Assembly: GCA_048938105.1 (NCBI GenBank)
Contig: JBHLMN010000022.1
Location: 44,170 to 108,169 of the forward strand
From: Promethearchaeota archaeon
Lineage (GTDB): Archaea > Asgardarchaeota > Heimdallarchaeia > Hodarchaeales > Hodarchaeaceae
Length of the DNA stretch: 64,000 bases
Direction: 5' to 3'
Shown: piece after piece, positions 48,513 to 57,950 of the stretch
How the letters are laid out: each line of letters opens with the position of its first letter
How positions within the stretch are numbered: position 1 is the stretch's first letter
Program-made: the position numbers and the translations under genes
The notes under the pieces: generated by a model
Told to the model about the DNA's origin: nothing
Database searches by the model: none
What the model saw: only the letters and a program-made list of their open reading frames with translations

Positions 48513-51341
48513 TTATCCAATCTCGAAAGCGTCTAAACTACCAGCAAGGTCATTTTCAGCACAGAAAGCTACGACTAAAAAGAACCTTTCTAAAGATGAC
48601 TCAATACCATTGATAAAATACATAACCCACATGTACTCTGGAGCATTAATCCATCTTCTATTCGATGACGACTTCATCATTTGGTCAGTTGAAGCCGATA
48701 TATCACAATCTTCAAATCTACCCCATAAGAAGCGAGTATCTGCTCCTCGGATAAGGGTACTTCCACTTTCTTGATCATTAAGATTCATTGCATGTCCAAT
48801 CTCATGTGCTTCAAGGTAACTATTCCTCTCTGGTTTAGCACACCAATAGGCAATGGGAAAAGGCGTTCCGCCAAGGAAATCGGGTGGACCTGGCCACCCG
48901 ATTCCTTTTTCTCTATCTCTTGCTTCTTTTGGAATAATCGCGCAATAAATCACTCCATCTTCGTAATCACCATTACTTAAGTGATCATCAAAGACGTCAA
49001 AGAAATCTGTTGACCAAAAAGCAGTTTGATAGAAATCATCATTATCGTTGAAATCAAAGTTGTTGTCACTAACATCTAGAGTTTCTATTCCTACAACATT
49101 AATACCATCCTCTAATGAAACTGGAAAAATCGAATGTAACTTCTCTATGCAGACATCTATCTCCTCATCCGAAGTTTCAAGACCATTAGTTTTAACTTTA
49201 AACATATAGATCTTCAAAGGAGATTTCTCTTCAAAGTTAACTGTCGTTGTAAATTCTACAGGTTGCCATGAAGCCCAATCATCAGTAGAAAACAATCTCA
49301 CTTTCAGTTCTAGAGTTCCTTGTGAATAATTCTCTCTCAAGATGAATTTTAATCTAGGTCTACTGTTCTCCACGCTGTTATCTGGGGGTAAAGAATCCTC
49401 GGAAGGATAAGAAGTAACAATGTAGGGCCCTAATACTTCATCTCCGAGATATTGAGTAACATATAAGTAACCTGTGACATGATCCAGATTCGAACTCTTC
49501 CCAGATCCTGCGTAAACGCGAACAACAGTTTCCTTCCCTTTTATAAGTGGGATAATATTAGTTTTGGATGGTTCATCCATATTAAAACTCTGTATGGCTT
49601 GATTGACTTCTATGCTATATATTGTAACTTCAGTTGATTCTCTCAAATGAACAGTACTAATACTTTCCACGCTTCCACAACTATTCTCCGCTTCAATTCT
49701 TATTCTATAGTCATTATCAGTTGTTTCATTATAAATTATTGTTATTGTTCCTGTAACTTCATTTCCACCATAATGACGTTCAATTTCTTCAAAAATTGTT
49801 GCCATTCCTCTATCAACTTCTTTTAAGATCCTGATTGATTCTGTTCCTGAATCTGCACTAATAACCTTCCAATCTACAACCAATGTGCCGTCTGGTTGAA
49901 TAGAAGTTTCTTCTTCTCCATTAAGAACCATAGTAATCTCAGGAATTGTCCCCCAGAACATATTAACAGCTGTCAATGGAGGTGTTGGGAAAACTGATAC
50001 CTCTGTAAGAGCAAATGTTGGTCTCACTTCTATTCCACAACTATGAAATTGGTTTCCTTCGTCCCTACCGTTAATTTTTCCTCGAGAAGTCCAAAGGATG
50101 TCTCCTACCCATTCTCTAAAAATAGCTAAATCTTGGAACACTTGTTCATCTAGAAATCCGATAGGTCCACTTCTCGCCCATTCTGGGCACTCCAATTCAA
50201 TAGAAATATCACTCCAATTATGATCTTCTACTTCTGCACAGCGCCAAACCTTACCATAACCTGGAACTTCAAATGGCAAAAGAAGTCTTAAATTAGAATC
50301 CTCTGGGTGCATTCCAAATCCTTCTCCCTCTATAGTAAGTGTATCACCAGAACATAAATGCCGAGGAGAAACATTAGTGATAATATCTGAAATTAAATAA
50401 GGAGAATCTGCAGGAAGGTGGTAAAACAAAGCTTTATAATTAAAAAATATTTCAAAAGCTATAAATCGTAATACTGAATAACAAAATATCCTATACTGTG
50501 TCGCGATTTCATAAAAATCAATATGAGGAAGATCCTTGGGAGTAATATCTCTATCAAGACCTAAGTCTAAGATATCTTCTTGATCATCTTGAAAAGGATC
50601 AACAGGAGGGAGCTCACCATCAGGTGGGAATCTACCACCTCTAGGATTAAAATCATCAGGACACATGCCTGGGATATCTTCTCCCCAATTACCTTCTCTT
50701 CCAAAGAAATTCATTTTATCGACAAATGGATCTTTAATCCCTCTTTCCCTGAAATCATGTAAATCTCTATCAATAGATGTGATAATTTCATTACGCAAAA
50801 ATAATGTATCTATTCTTCTTTGTATATCTAGCCATTCTTTTTCACTCCGAGCGGTCATTAATCCTGCTAATGTTAATTCAGTAAACATTGGTATATCTTT
50901 AACACAATTCTCTAAACAGAAAGATCCCCGTGGTTTAAAGAATCCCCTTTTCCATTTTCTCCCTCTAAAATCATTTGAAAATCCATAAAAGGGTTTGATA
51001 CGAGATATCCACCTACGAAACTTAGAAACAGCTTGTGGTTCGAGAGCATAAACTCTTGGTGCTAGTTTTGACAAGGCATTTAATTCTGCAAGATCTTTTT
51101 GTATAGCTGTTCTTAATGATTTCCCAGTCCAAGGGAGGTTTTCTTCTACACTTATGATATCCATCGATTTTTCTATCTGGTCAAGTACTTCTTTACGTAA
51201 GACCCTTGGTGTTAATGCAGAAACATATTGAGGTAGTTTAGGTTTTTTTTTAAAATGAAAATCAATTTTTTTTCTCTTTTTCTTCTCAAGATATTGTTTA
51301 AAATAAAAAAATTCTCTTCTATACATCCCAATCTCTTCCAT
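48513..51341 (-). CDS. Large putative zinc metallopeptidase with IPT/TIG-like domain
   Basis: AHEIGHAMNL HExxH; SP...GDTLTIEGEGFG IPT-like motif; IEVNQAIQ...LIKGKETVVRVY. Confidence 0.7.
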   Translation of the reverse strand: MEEIGMYRREFFYFKQYLEKKKRKKIDFHFKKKPKLPQYVSALTPRVLRKEVLDQIEKSMDIISVEENLPWTGKSLRTAIQKDLAELNALSKLAPRVYALEPQAVSKFRRWISRIKPFYGFSNDFRGRKWKRGFFKPRGSFCLENCVKDIPMFTELTLAGLMTARSEKEWLDIQRRIDTLFLRNEIITSIDRDLHDFRERGIKDPFVDKMNFFGREGNWGEDIPGMCPDDFNPRGGRFPPDGELPPVDPFQDDQEDILDLGLDRDITPKDLPHIDFYEIATQYRIFCYSVLRFIAFEIFFNYKALFYHLPADSPYLISDIITNVSPRHLCSGDTLTIEGEGFGMHPEDSNLRLLLPFEVPGYGKVWRCAEVEDHNWSDISIELECPEWARSGPIGFLDEQVFQDLAIFREWVGDILWTSRGKINGRDEGNQFHSCGIEVRPTFALTEVSVFPTPPLTAVNMFWGTIPEITMVLNGEEETSIQPDGTLVVDWKVISADSGTESIRILKEVDRGMATIFEEIERHYGGNEVTGTITIIYNETTDNDYRIRIEAENSCGSVESISTVHLRESTEVTIYSIEVNQAIQSFNMDEPSKTNIIPLIKGKETVVRVYAGSGKSSNLDHVTGYLYVTQYLGDEVLGPYIVTSYPSEDSLPPDNSVENSRPRLKFILRENYSQGTLELKVRLFSTDDWASWQPVEFTTTVNFEEKSPLKIYMFKVKTNGLETSDEEIDVCIEKLHSIFPVSLEDGINVVGIETLDVSDNNFDFNDNDDFYQTAFWSTDFFDVFDDHLSNGDYEDGVIYCAIIPKEARDREKGIGWPGPPDFLGGTPFPIAYWCAKPERNSYLEAHEIGHAMNLNDQESGSTLIRGADTRFLWGRFEDCDISASTDQMMKSSSNRRWINAPEYMWVMYFINGIESSLERFFLVVAFCAENDLAGSLDAFEIG

Positions 51342-51905
51342 TTATTGAAATGGATATAATAGTCTAGTATTTGTAGCATAATTTATAAACTTTTTACCAT
51401 AAATTATCAATATACGATGTTCTGTAAACCTAAAATGCTTCTAGTTTAATTTTCCTATTGAAGATTGGCATTATCAATTTCTTCTTTCACGGTATTCACT
51501 CCCATAGCTTAAATTTTAATGAATAGTATAAAAATGTCAATAGAAAGGTTTAACACGATTGTTCTCTGCTCAAAAGCTTGAAATATTAATTTATTTAAAA
51601 GAAATTCCAATTAAAGAAGTTTGAAACTGTATTCAAAAATTACTTTCTTATTGCCTAAGTTCCTGAAGAGAAAATAGTAGTAACCTCTGTCCCCCAATAT
51701 CATATAAACCCAATCACCACGTACTTCGGATCTCCAATCAAATGCGTGGGTGAAGAAAAAACGAAATCATTGAGGAAAGTGGCAACATTGAATGACCTAT
51801 CTTCTGATTAAAGTGATTATTTACTCATGAAAATGATTTCATCGTGAGATAAACCTTTTTTAAGGCTCAAAGAGCTATAACCTCTGATTTGGGATTTGGA
51901 TTGAA

Positions 51906-53483
51906 ATGGAAACCACATTGAAATGGAGTATCGCGGTTCTCATAGTAATGCTTTTCATTTGGTTATCTGTCGATGAATTATCCCAAGAGCTTCCATTTAC
52001 CCCTGAAGACCAATTCTCGGATGATCAGGCCGCTCATCCTCGTATGAGTACATCCAAAATCCACCAATTCAATCCCCATGAACCCATAATCATTGAAGAT
52101 GATTATGGTTTTGACTCTCAGGGATTTCCTGGCTCAGGAACCATTGATGATCCCTACCGCATTGAAGGTTTTAATATCACATCTTCCAATGGAACCTCAA
52201 TCGTAATATCTAGGACAGAAAATTATTTTTGCATTAGAAATAACTTTCTTCATGGATTGTCTTCAGCAGAATTCGGTATTGAGTTTTCAGGAGTTGAGCA
52301 TGGTACAATCGAAAATAATATTGTGACAAATTATTCAACCTCTGGAATAACTCTTAGGGGTTCAAATAATAATGTTATTATAAACAATACAATTACCAAC
52401 AATGACGGCACTGGAATTTATCTTCAAGATTCTGAGAATAACACTATATCCAACAACACGATCTCCAACAACGATAGCACTGGAATTTTCCTTGATTCCT
52501 CTGTGAATAACTTTATTTCCGACAATAGCGTTTTCAACAATGATGGTGGAATTTACCTTTGGAAAATTCGGGGGGCATATTCTCTTCCTGGATATAATAT
52601 TATTGTCAACAATTTTATCGCCAACAACGAATGGACTGGAATATCCATCTATGATTCTGCAAGCAATACTATTTTGGATAATATATTGATGAATAATGGC
52701 TTTCAGGTGCAGGGTGGGTTATTGAGATACTTTTTTCAGACTGAAGTGAGGAATAACACAATCAATGGAAGAGCACTGATCTATTGGCAAAACATTATTG
52801 AAGAAACAGTTCCTCGTGGAGCGGGTCAGATCATTCTGGTTAATTGTACGGCTGTGACTGTTACCAACCAGAACTTATCAGATGTGGAAACCGGCCTTGG
52901 AGTAATTTCCAGCGATAAGTTGTCTATTTTCAACAATACAATTGTAAACAACTGCGACCACGGAATTCACCTTTGGGACTCTACAGCTAATTCTATTTCC
53001 AGAAACACAGTTTCCCACAACGGAATTGGAATTTATCTTGAAAATTCATACAGTAGCACTATTTCAAACAATATATTCTCTCATAACGGGGTAGGAATTT
53101 ATCATCAGGAGTCTGAGAACAGCGTAATTTTCAACAATACTTTTTCCAATAATCACGGGTATGGCATTTCAATACTTGATAGGTCTTCGTTTTGCAATGT
53201 CTCATGGAACATTTTCATTGGAAACAACCCTAATGGCACCTCTCAAGCATATGACGCAAGCCTGAATAATACATTTAACCAGAACTACTGGGACGATTGG
53301 GTCGGGGACGACCCCTATCCGATTGATGGTGTTGCAAACAATCGAGATAGGCATCCACAAGGTGCTCCTAATCGGGATTCTGCTTCTTATTGGAGCGAAA
53401 ACATCCTCGTGGGGTTCTTTCTTTTCGTAGTAATCCTTCCTGTCTTGGGGATATTAATTCGCAGGCAGAAGAGAAATTTTTGA
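51906..53483 (+). CDS. NosD/CASH surface protein, short allele of 39434-43021 (start may be TTG 51918)
   Basis: Shared signal/first domain and SENIL..LILPVLGILIR.QKRNF-type tail; divergent, shorter interior. Confidence 0.92.
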   Translation: METTLKWSIAVLIVMLFIWLSVDELSQELPFTPEDQFSDDQAAHPRMSTSKIHQFNPHEPIIIEDDYGFDSQGFPGSGTIDDPYRIEGFNITSSNGTSIVISRTENYFCIRNNFLHGLSSAEFGIEFSGVEHGTIENNIVTNYSTSGITLRGSNNNVIINNTITNNDGTGIYLQDSENNTISNNTISNNDSTGIFLDSSVNNFISDNSVFNNDGGIYLWKIRGAYSLPGYNIIVNNFIANNEWTGISIYDSASNTILDNILMNNGFQVQGGLLRYFFQTEVRNNTINGRALIYWQNIIEETVPRGAGQIILVNCTAVTVTNQNLSDVETGLGVISSDKLSIFNNTIVNNCDHGIHLWDSTANSISRNTVSHNGIGIYLENSYSSTISNNIFSHNGVGIYHQESENSVIFNNTFSNNHGYGISILDRSSFCNVSWNIFIGNNPNGTSQAYDASLNNTFNQNYWDDWVGDDPYPIDGVANNRDRHPQGAPNRDSASYWSENILVGFFLFVVILPVLGILIRRQKRNF

Positions 53484-53616
53484 GGTAAAATATACAACAT
53501 AAAAAGCATTTAAACCTCAAAAAGCTACAACCCGTAATTTGGGATGAGGATCCAAAGGTAATTCTCTGGAAAACAAAAAAGGAATTTCTCAAAAAAGGAT
53601 GAGTATGTGATATGCA

Positions 53617-53665
53617 GACTCACTCCTCCTAGGTATTGCTTGAATGTTTATTTACTCACGAAAAT
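53617..53665 (+). repeat. Junction core copy overlapping the GTPase stop codon
   Basis: gactcactcctcctaggtattgcttgaatgtttatttactcacgaaaat; TCA at 53656-53658 is the GTPase stop. Confidence 0.9.
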
Positions 53666-54177
53666 TCAGATTTAACTCGTAATACCTCAATAATCAAATC
53701 ATGATAGATGGTTTCGACAGTTTTTTTGTCAGTTGGTTTGGACTCATAATACAAAACTCTCAACTCATCTGCTAAATTTTGGCCCTCGGCGGTTGTTACA
53801 GTTTCCGATTCAGTAATAAACCCCACAAGCGCAATAGGAACCAAAGATTCAGGAATATGTCTCTTAAATGCTTTATACCAATCTTTGACTGCTTTAAACG
53901 AAGTTCTATCTTCCTTGGCAAAAGTAATGATGGCTGCAGATGCACCACGATAATAACTGGTTCGGATTTCTCCAAAAAACTCCTTACCCGAAGTATCCAC
54001 TAGGATTAATTTAATGTTGTTCCCAGTTACTTGGATTTGTGTAGTTAAAATCCCTACTCCGAGAACCAGTCGTGTATGGTCACCAGTCTGATAACCACAA
54101 AATCTCCGATTCATTTTTGTTTTTAATTCGTTGGGAGTTCCAATAAGACAGATTTTCAGTAAATATTCATCGGGCAT
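53656..54177 (-). CDS. Rab-like small GTPase with degenerate G1/G4 motifs
   Basis: KICLIG, IKLILVDTSGKE, SYYRGASA, SF..V..W, EG..LA..L...YYES; lacks GKT and NKxD. Confidence 0.88.
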   Translation of the reverse strand: MPDEYLLKICLIGTPNELKTKMNRRFCGYQTGDHTRLVLGVGILTTQIQVTGNNIKLILVDTSGKEFFGEIRTSYYRGASAAIITFAKEDRTSFKAVKDWYKAFKRHIPESLVPIALVGFITESETVTTAEGQNLADELRVLYYESKPTDKKTVETIYHDLIIEVLRVKSEFS

Positions 54178-54346
54178 TGAGTCATTCCCTCACGTGAATT
54201 CATGCATACAATTTTGATAAGCTAGTCCAGAGAAAATCCGAATCTTTTAGAAGTAATGCGTTGAAGGGTTACATTAAAAATCAAAAGATTATTACATAAA
54301 TAGTTTTTTCTCATGAATCATACCTTTTTTTTACAAAAAGAAAACA

Positions 54347-55459
54347 TTGGGGAAAATTATATGCATGATATATATTCATTACTTTCGGATATCTCGCAGA
54401 AAGGTTTTTAAGGGGAGAAAAGATGGAGAAAATAGGGACAAACCGTTATTGGGCAAATATGTGAGAACGTTGGGGTATTGGAAGACCAATCCAGTAGATG
54501 CAGCATGGGATGCACTGGAAATCTTTTTTAAAGAACGCCAATTTCGATTTAAGCCAGATGTGTGGGTAGAAGACAGCGAATATCTGTACGATACAAAGGA
54601 CAAAGTAGACATTATTATCAAACAAACAATCATAACCATTATTCAGGAGTGTCACGCTTTGATAAAGTACCTCCACAAGAACAAAGATTGTCTACCCCTG
54701 CTCCCTGAGGTCATCAATGCTGAGGATATCGCTGTCACGCGGTTTCATCCCACTGTACCCTGTAAATATAACATCACTTACCCCTCCGAAAAACACGACT
54801 CAGAAAATGATCGTCAATACGTCTTATTACTCGGTGACACTAATGAATGTGGCTTTCTGTTGAAGCAAGCTATTCCTGATACCCCCTTTGTCATTTGGTA
54901 TAGTTGGGAGGTGGATGAGCAAGGGGTCTCTTTTTGCAATGCTTTTATCTCCCCCTCAGAAGAAGAAGAAGTAGCCAAAGCGTGGAACGCACTGGAACTC
55001 TTTTTTCAGGAGCGCCAATTTCGATTTCAACCAGATGTGTGGGTAAAAGACAGCGAGGAATTGTTCGATTCAAACCACAATTGGCACACTATTTGGAAGC
55101 AGGCCATCGAATCCATTATTCAGGCGTGTCGTGCTATGCTACAGTACCTCCACGAGAACAGAGATCACCTCCCTCCGCTTCCTGAAGTCATTAATCCTGT
55201 AGATATTGTTGTTACAAGGTTTAACCCAATACTACCCTGTAAACACAGTATCACATACCCGCCCCAAACGCGTGAATCTGAAGATGACCCCCAATACGTC
55301 TTATTACGCGGTGACACCAATGAGTGTGGCTTCCTGTTAAAGAAAGCCATTTTTGACACTCCCTTTGGGATTTGGTATAGATGGGAGGTGGTTCAAGGGG
55401 AACCTCGTTACTATGGTATAGATGTTTCTTTTCCTTCCTCTTCATCCTCTAATGATTAA
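54347..55459 (+). CDS. Hypothetical protein with a tandem duplicated ~159-aa domain
   Basis: AW.ALE.FF.ERQFRF.PDVWV.DSE and YVLL.GDTNECGFLLK each occur twice, 477 bp apart. Confidence 0.75.
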   Translation: MGKIICMIYIHYFRISRRKVFKGRKDGENRDKPLLGKYVRTLGYWKTNPVDAAWDALEIFFKERQFRFKPDVWVEDSEYLYDTKDKVDIIIKQTIITIIQECHALIKYLHKNKDCLPLLPEVINAEDIAVTRFHPTVPCKYNITYPSEKHDSENDRQYVLLLGDTNECGFLLKQAIPDTPFVIWYSWEVDEQGVSFCNAFISPSEEEEVAKAWNALELFFQERQFRFQPDVWVKDSEELFDSNHNWHTIWKQAIESIIQACRAMLQYLHENRDHLPPLPEVINPVDIVVTRFNPILPCKHSITYPPQTRESEDDPQYVLLRGDTNECGFLLKKAIFDTPFGIWYRWEVVQGEPRYYGIDVSFPSSSSSND

Positions 55460-55646
55460 AAGATCTATTGACTCTCTAATTTGAACCTGAATGGAGTGTT
55501 TGTCGAAATACCCGTATTAATCAAAGAATCCTTCGTACATATGAGATATTAGTAAATAAGAAGAAAACCTTTTGTAATGAGTGGGGGGTTTGTCATTTTC
55601 AGGTACCTCATGAAAAAACTTATAAGAAGAGAAACCCAGTAATTAA

Positions 55647-57083
55647 ATGAGAAAGGGAAGATTGATGGAGCTAACTACTGGACAAATTATTCAGAAGATT
55701 GTTCAGCAGACAAATCTCTCAAGGATAGAAGTGGAAGAACAGATTGAACAACTCAGACGGTCACTAAAATATGACAAGGATGTAGCCGAAGAAGATGCGA
55801 CGATCCCGAAACTATTGGCACAAGAGATGAACGTAGATTTAGGAGATCCCGCAGATTATCTCTACATAGAGTTACTGTTCGATGAATTTCCACAGTTTGC
55901 GCGAATAATCCCGTTCGCGACCATTGATAAAGAGAAAATCAAGGAAATTTTACAGAAATATGTCGAAAAACCAAAAACATGGGTTCCAGGAAAGGATGAG
56001 GTAGAACCAGTGATATTAACAGTGGAACCAACGTTATTTCGGGACGGAATATTGGTTCATTACGAGGAGTATACCTCAATGACACCAATAGAGTATTCTT
56101 TGAGGGAAATAATTGATCAGGCGGAACTTTACAGAACATTCACAGATTATTGGATCGAACGAACGGAAGATCCAGAGAAAACTTACCTACCTTATTCTAT
56201 AGTAGAGAAACTAACCTTTCATCCACCTGAGTGGATTACTATGGATTTAGATAATCCAAAGAATCGATTCAAGTTCCCCTACATCAGTCTTGAATGTCTA
56301 CGAGAGGATCCGAAGTTGGAAATCTTTGGGTTTGTCAACTCACGAGTCAAAGAGGTCAAGGGAATCGAAATACTACAAAGTTGTCCAAATCTCAAAGAAA
56401 TACAGATTTATGATGATGATGCGGTATTTGAGAGTTTTGATATCCCAACAGACCTACGATTGCCGAGATTGGAGAGAATAAAGACATATTTAAATGGGAA
56501 AAAGGTAAAACAATGGGATCTTTCGTTTTTGGAACATTGTCTGAATCTTCGAGAAGTCGTGATTAAAAGCACAATAGGAAGGTACTTTCCTCCAGAAGGA
56601 GTACTGATCCTACCAGCATTCGAAAATCATCCATATCTAGAGAATCTAACAATAAAGCAAAACGCAATCGAATCTACCTGTCTCAACACAATAAATTGCC
56701 CTAACCTCAAGATCCTCAATTTTAGTGGTAATCGACTTCCTAAACTCGATCTCTCACCATTAATGCATTGCCCGAATTTAGAGGAGTTAAAACTTAACAA
56801 TAATTCCCTTAAGTCATTCGATCTCTCCCCTCTCCAGAACTGCCCTAATTTACAGATCCTCGATCTCAGTTATAATTCCCTGTATTCTCTTGATCTTTCC
56901 CCCCTCCAACATTGTCTTGATCTCCGTGTCCTTTCTCTGGCCAATCAACATGATCAGTTGTCTGATTTAGACCTCTCCCCTCTGCGTAACTGCTCTACTC
57001 TTGAACAGATCAACTTAGCTCGTAATCATGGTCTTAAACTCGTCGGGATGAATGATCATCTCTCCTCTTTAGTCAAACGGTAA
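55647..57083 (+). CDS. LRR protein with DUF2240/RPA-N-like N-terminus
   Basis: LDLSPL.HC.NL repeats; N-terminus homologous to 45407-46753. Confidence 0.85.
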   Translation: MRKGRLMELTTGQIIQKIVQQTNLSRIEVEEQIEQLRRSLKYDKDVAEEDATIPKLLAQEMNVDLGDPADYLYIELLFDEFPQFARIIPFATIDKEKIKEILQKYVEKPKTWVPGKDEVEPVILTVEPTLFRDGILVHYEEYTSMTPIEYSLREIIDQAELYRTFTDYWIERTEDPEKTYLPYSIVEKLTFHPPEWITMDLDNPKNRFKFPYISLECLREDPKLEIFGFVNSRVKEVKGIEILQSCPNLKEIQIYDDDAVFESFDIPTDLRLPRLERIKTYLNGKKVKQWDLSFLEHCLNLREVVIKSTIGRYFPPEGVLILPAFENHPYLENLTIKQNAIESTCLNTINCPNLKILNFSGNRLPKLDLSPLMHCPNLEELKLNNNSLKSFDLSPLQNCPNLQILDLSYNSLYSLDLSPLQHCLDLRVLSLANQHDQLSDLDLSPLRNCSTLEQINLARNHGLKLVGMNDHLSSLVKR

Positions 57084-57307
57084 TTTAGCTGTGATTTCTC
57101 CTCTTTTTGCTTTTGTTAGATCTAGATCTATGTTCGCAGCCTTCACCATTTTTTTTGGGCCTTTATCGTTTTCTTTCATCTTGAAAAATCCTTTTAATTC
57201 CCATTGAATGGTTTTCAGGCAACTTTCCTCTCCTGATTGATGGTATTTTTCCCTAGTATTGTCGGTCTTGTTCTTTTGAGTATACCTAGATTACCATCAT
57301 AGCTAGC

Positions 57308-57352
57308 TTTATATATTGGTTAGATTTGTATCTAGCTCAGTATGTATCTAGC
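57308..57352 (+). promoter_or_regulatory. TATA box followed by a TGTATCTAGC direct repeat (putative operator)
   Basis: TTTATATA at 57308-57315; 10-mer at 57327-57336 and 57343-57352. Confidence 0.5.
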
Positions 57353-57399
57353 AAACGACAACTCAAGAAAGTTGTTTTTTCATAGGATTGGTTAATCAA

Positions 57400-57642
57400 A
57401 TGTCTACTACTGTCTTATTAGGTAAAAGAATTGTGTCTGTTATGCCTCCTTCTGTTCAGAAGGTGTATCGTACCCTTCAAGCGGGTAAGCGTATGCATGT
57501 GGGTGATATTGAGTCCAAGACTAATTATAGTCCACGCACTGTTCGTCAGGCCCTTCGTCAGCTCAAGAATGCTCAATTAATCACTCAAATTCCTGATATG
57601 TACGACATGCGTCGTCACTACTATATGGCTGTGAGTGCCTAA
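57400..57642 (+). CDS. Small winged-helix transcriptional regulator
   Basis: MPPSVQKVY..L...YSPRTVRQALRQLK...LI......D.RR..Y archaeal wHTH pattern. Confidence 0.85.
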   Translation: MSTTVLLGKRIVSVMPPSVQKVYRTLQAGKRMHVGDIESKTNYSPRTVRQALRQLKNAQLITQIPDMYDMRRHYYMAVSA

Positions 57643-57772
57643 GTTTTAATGTGAGTGTATGCTTATGAAAAGAGTCTTCCGCAAACTGTATAGTAAATGG
57701 GTTGCCTTCAAGACTGCCCTTCGTCACTTTCATTATTTCACAACCTCTCTTGTTTAATGTGGTGTGGTTTCT

Positions 57773-57943
57773 ATGAATCGATGTGAGAAGTGTCAGTCTG
57801 AGTATTCTGATGGGGCTCTTTTCTGCTCTACCTGTGGCCATTATCTACGTTCGGAATTTATTTTTTCTTGGGATCAGTGGTTACAGGCCTATCAACTTTA
57901 TCTTCTTGAAGCTAAGAATGTTCTTTCTACTAATCAAAGGTGA
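57773..57943 (+). CDS. 56-aa zinc-ribbon protein (not in the ORF track)
   Basis: MNRCEKCQSEYSDGALFCSTCGHYLRS...NQR*; GGTG upstream; its stop overlaps the next RBS. Confidence 0.75.
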   Translation: MNRCEKCQSEYSDGALFCSTCGHYLRSEFIFSWDQWLQAYQLYLLEAKNVLSTNQR

Positions 57944-57950
57944 TTTGTGT

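Larger units (their letters stand above)
51815..53665 (+). mobile_element. Second putative CASH cassette between core copies (51815-51834 partial; 53617-53665 full)
   Basis: Same upstream leader and same ~190 bp downstream sequence as the 39.3-43.2 kb cassette. Confidence 0.55.

Noticed and set aside
39434-53483. Diversity-generating retroelement acting on CASH paralogs
   Set aside because: No reverse transcriptase, and differences between repeats are not adenine-specific
1281-53665. Classical integron attC array or CRISPR array
   Set aside because: The repeats lack RYYYAAC/GTTRRRY boxes, no IntI is present, and spacing is kilobases rather than 30-40 bp spacers; no cas genes
55607-55616. 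CTCATGAAAA as a twelfth core copy
   Set aside because: Only 10 bp in AT-rich DNA, without spacer or flanking homology
57783-57950. N-terminal extension of the 243-aa track ORF
   Set aside because: It overlaps a better 56-aa zinc-ribbon ORF in another frame; the RBS supports ATG 57951
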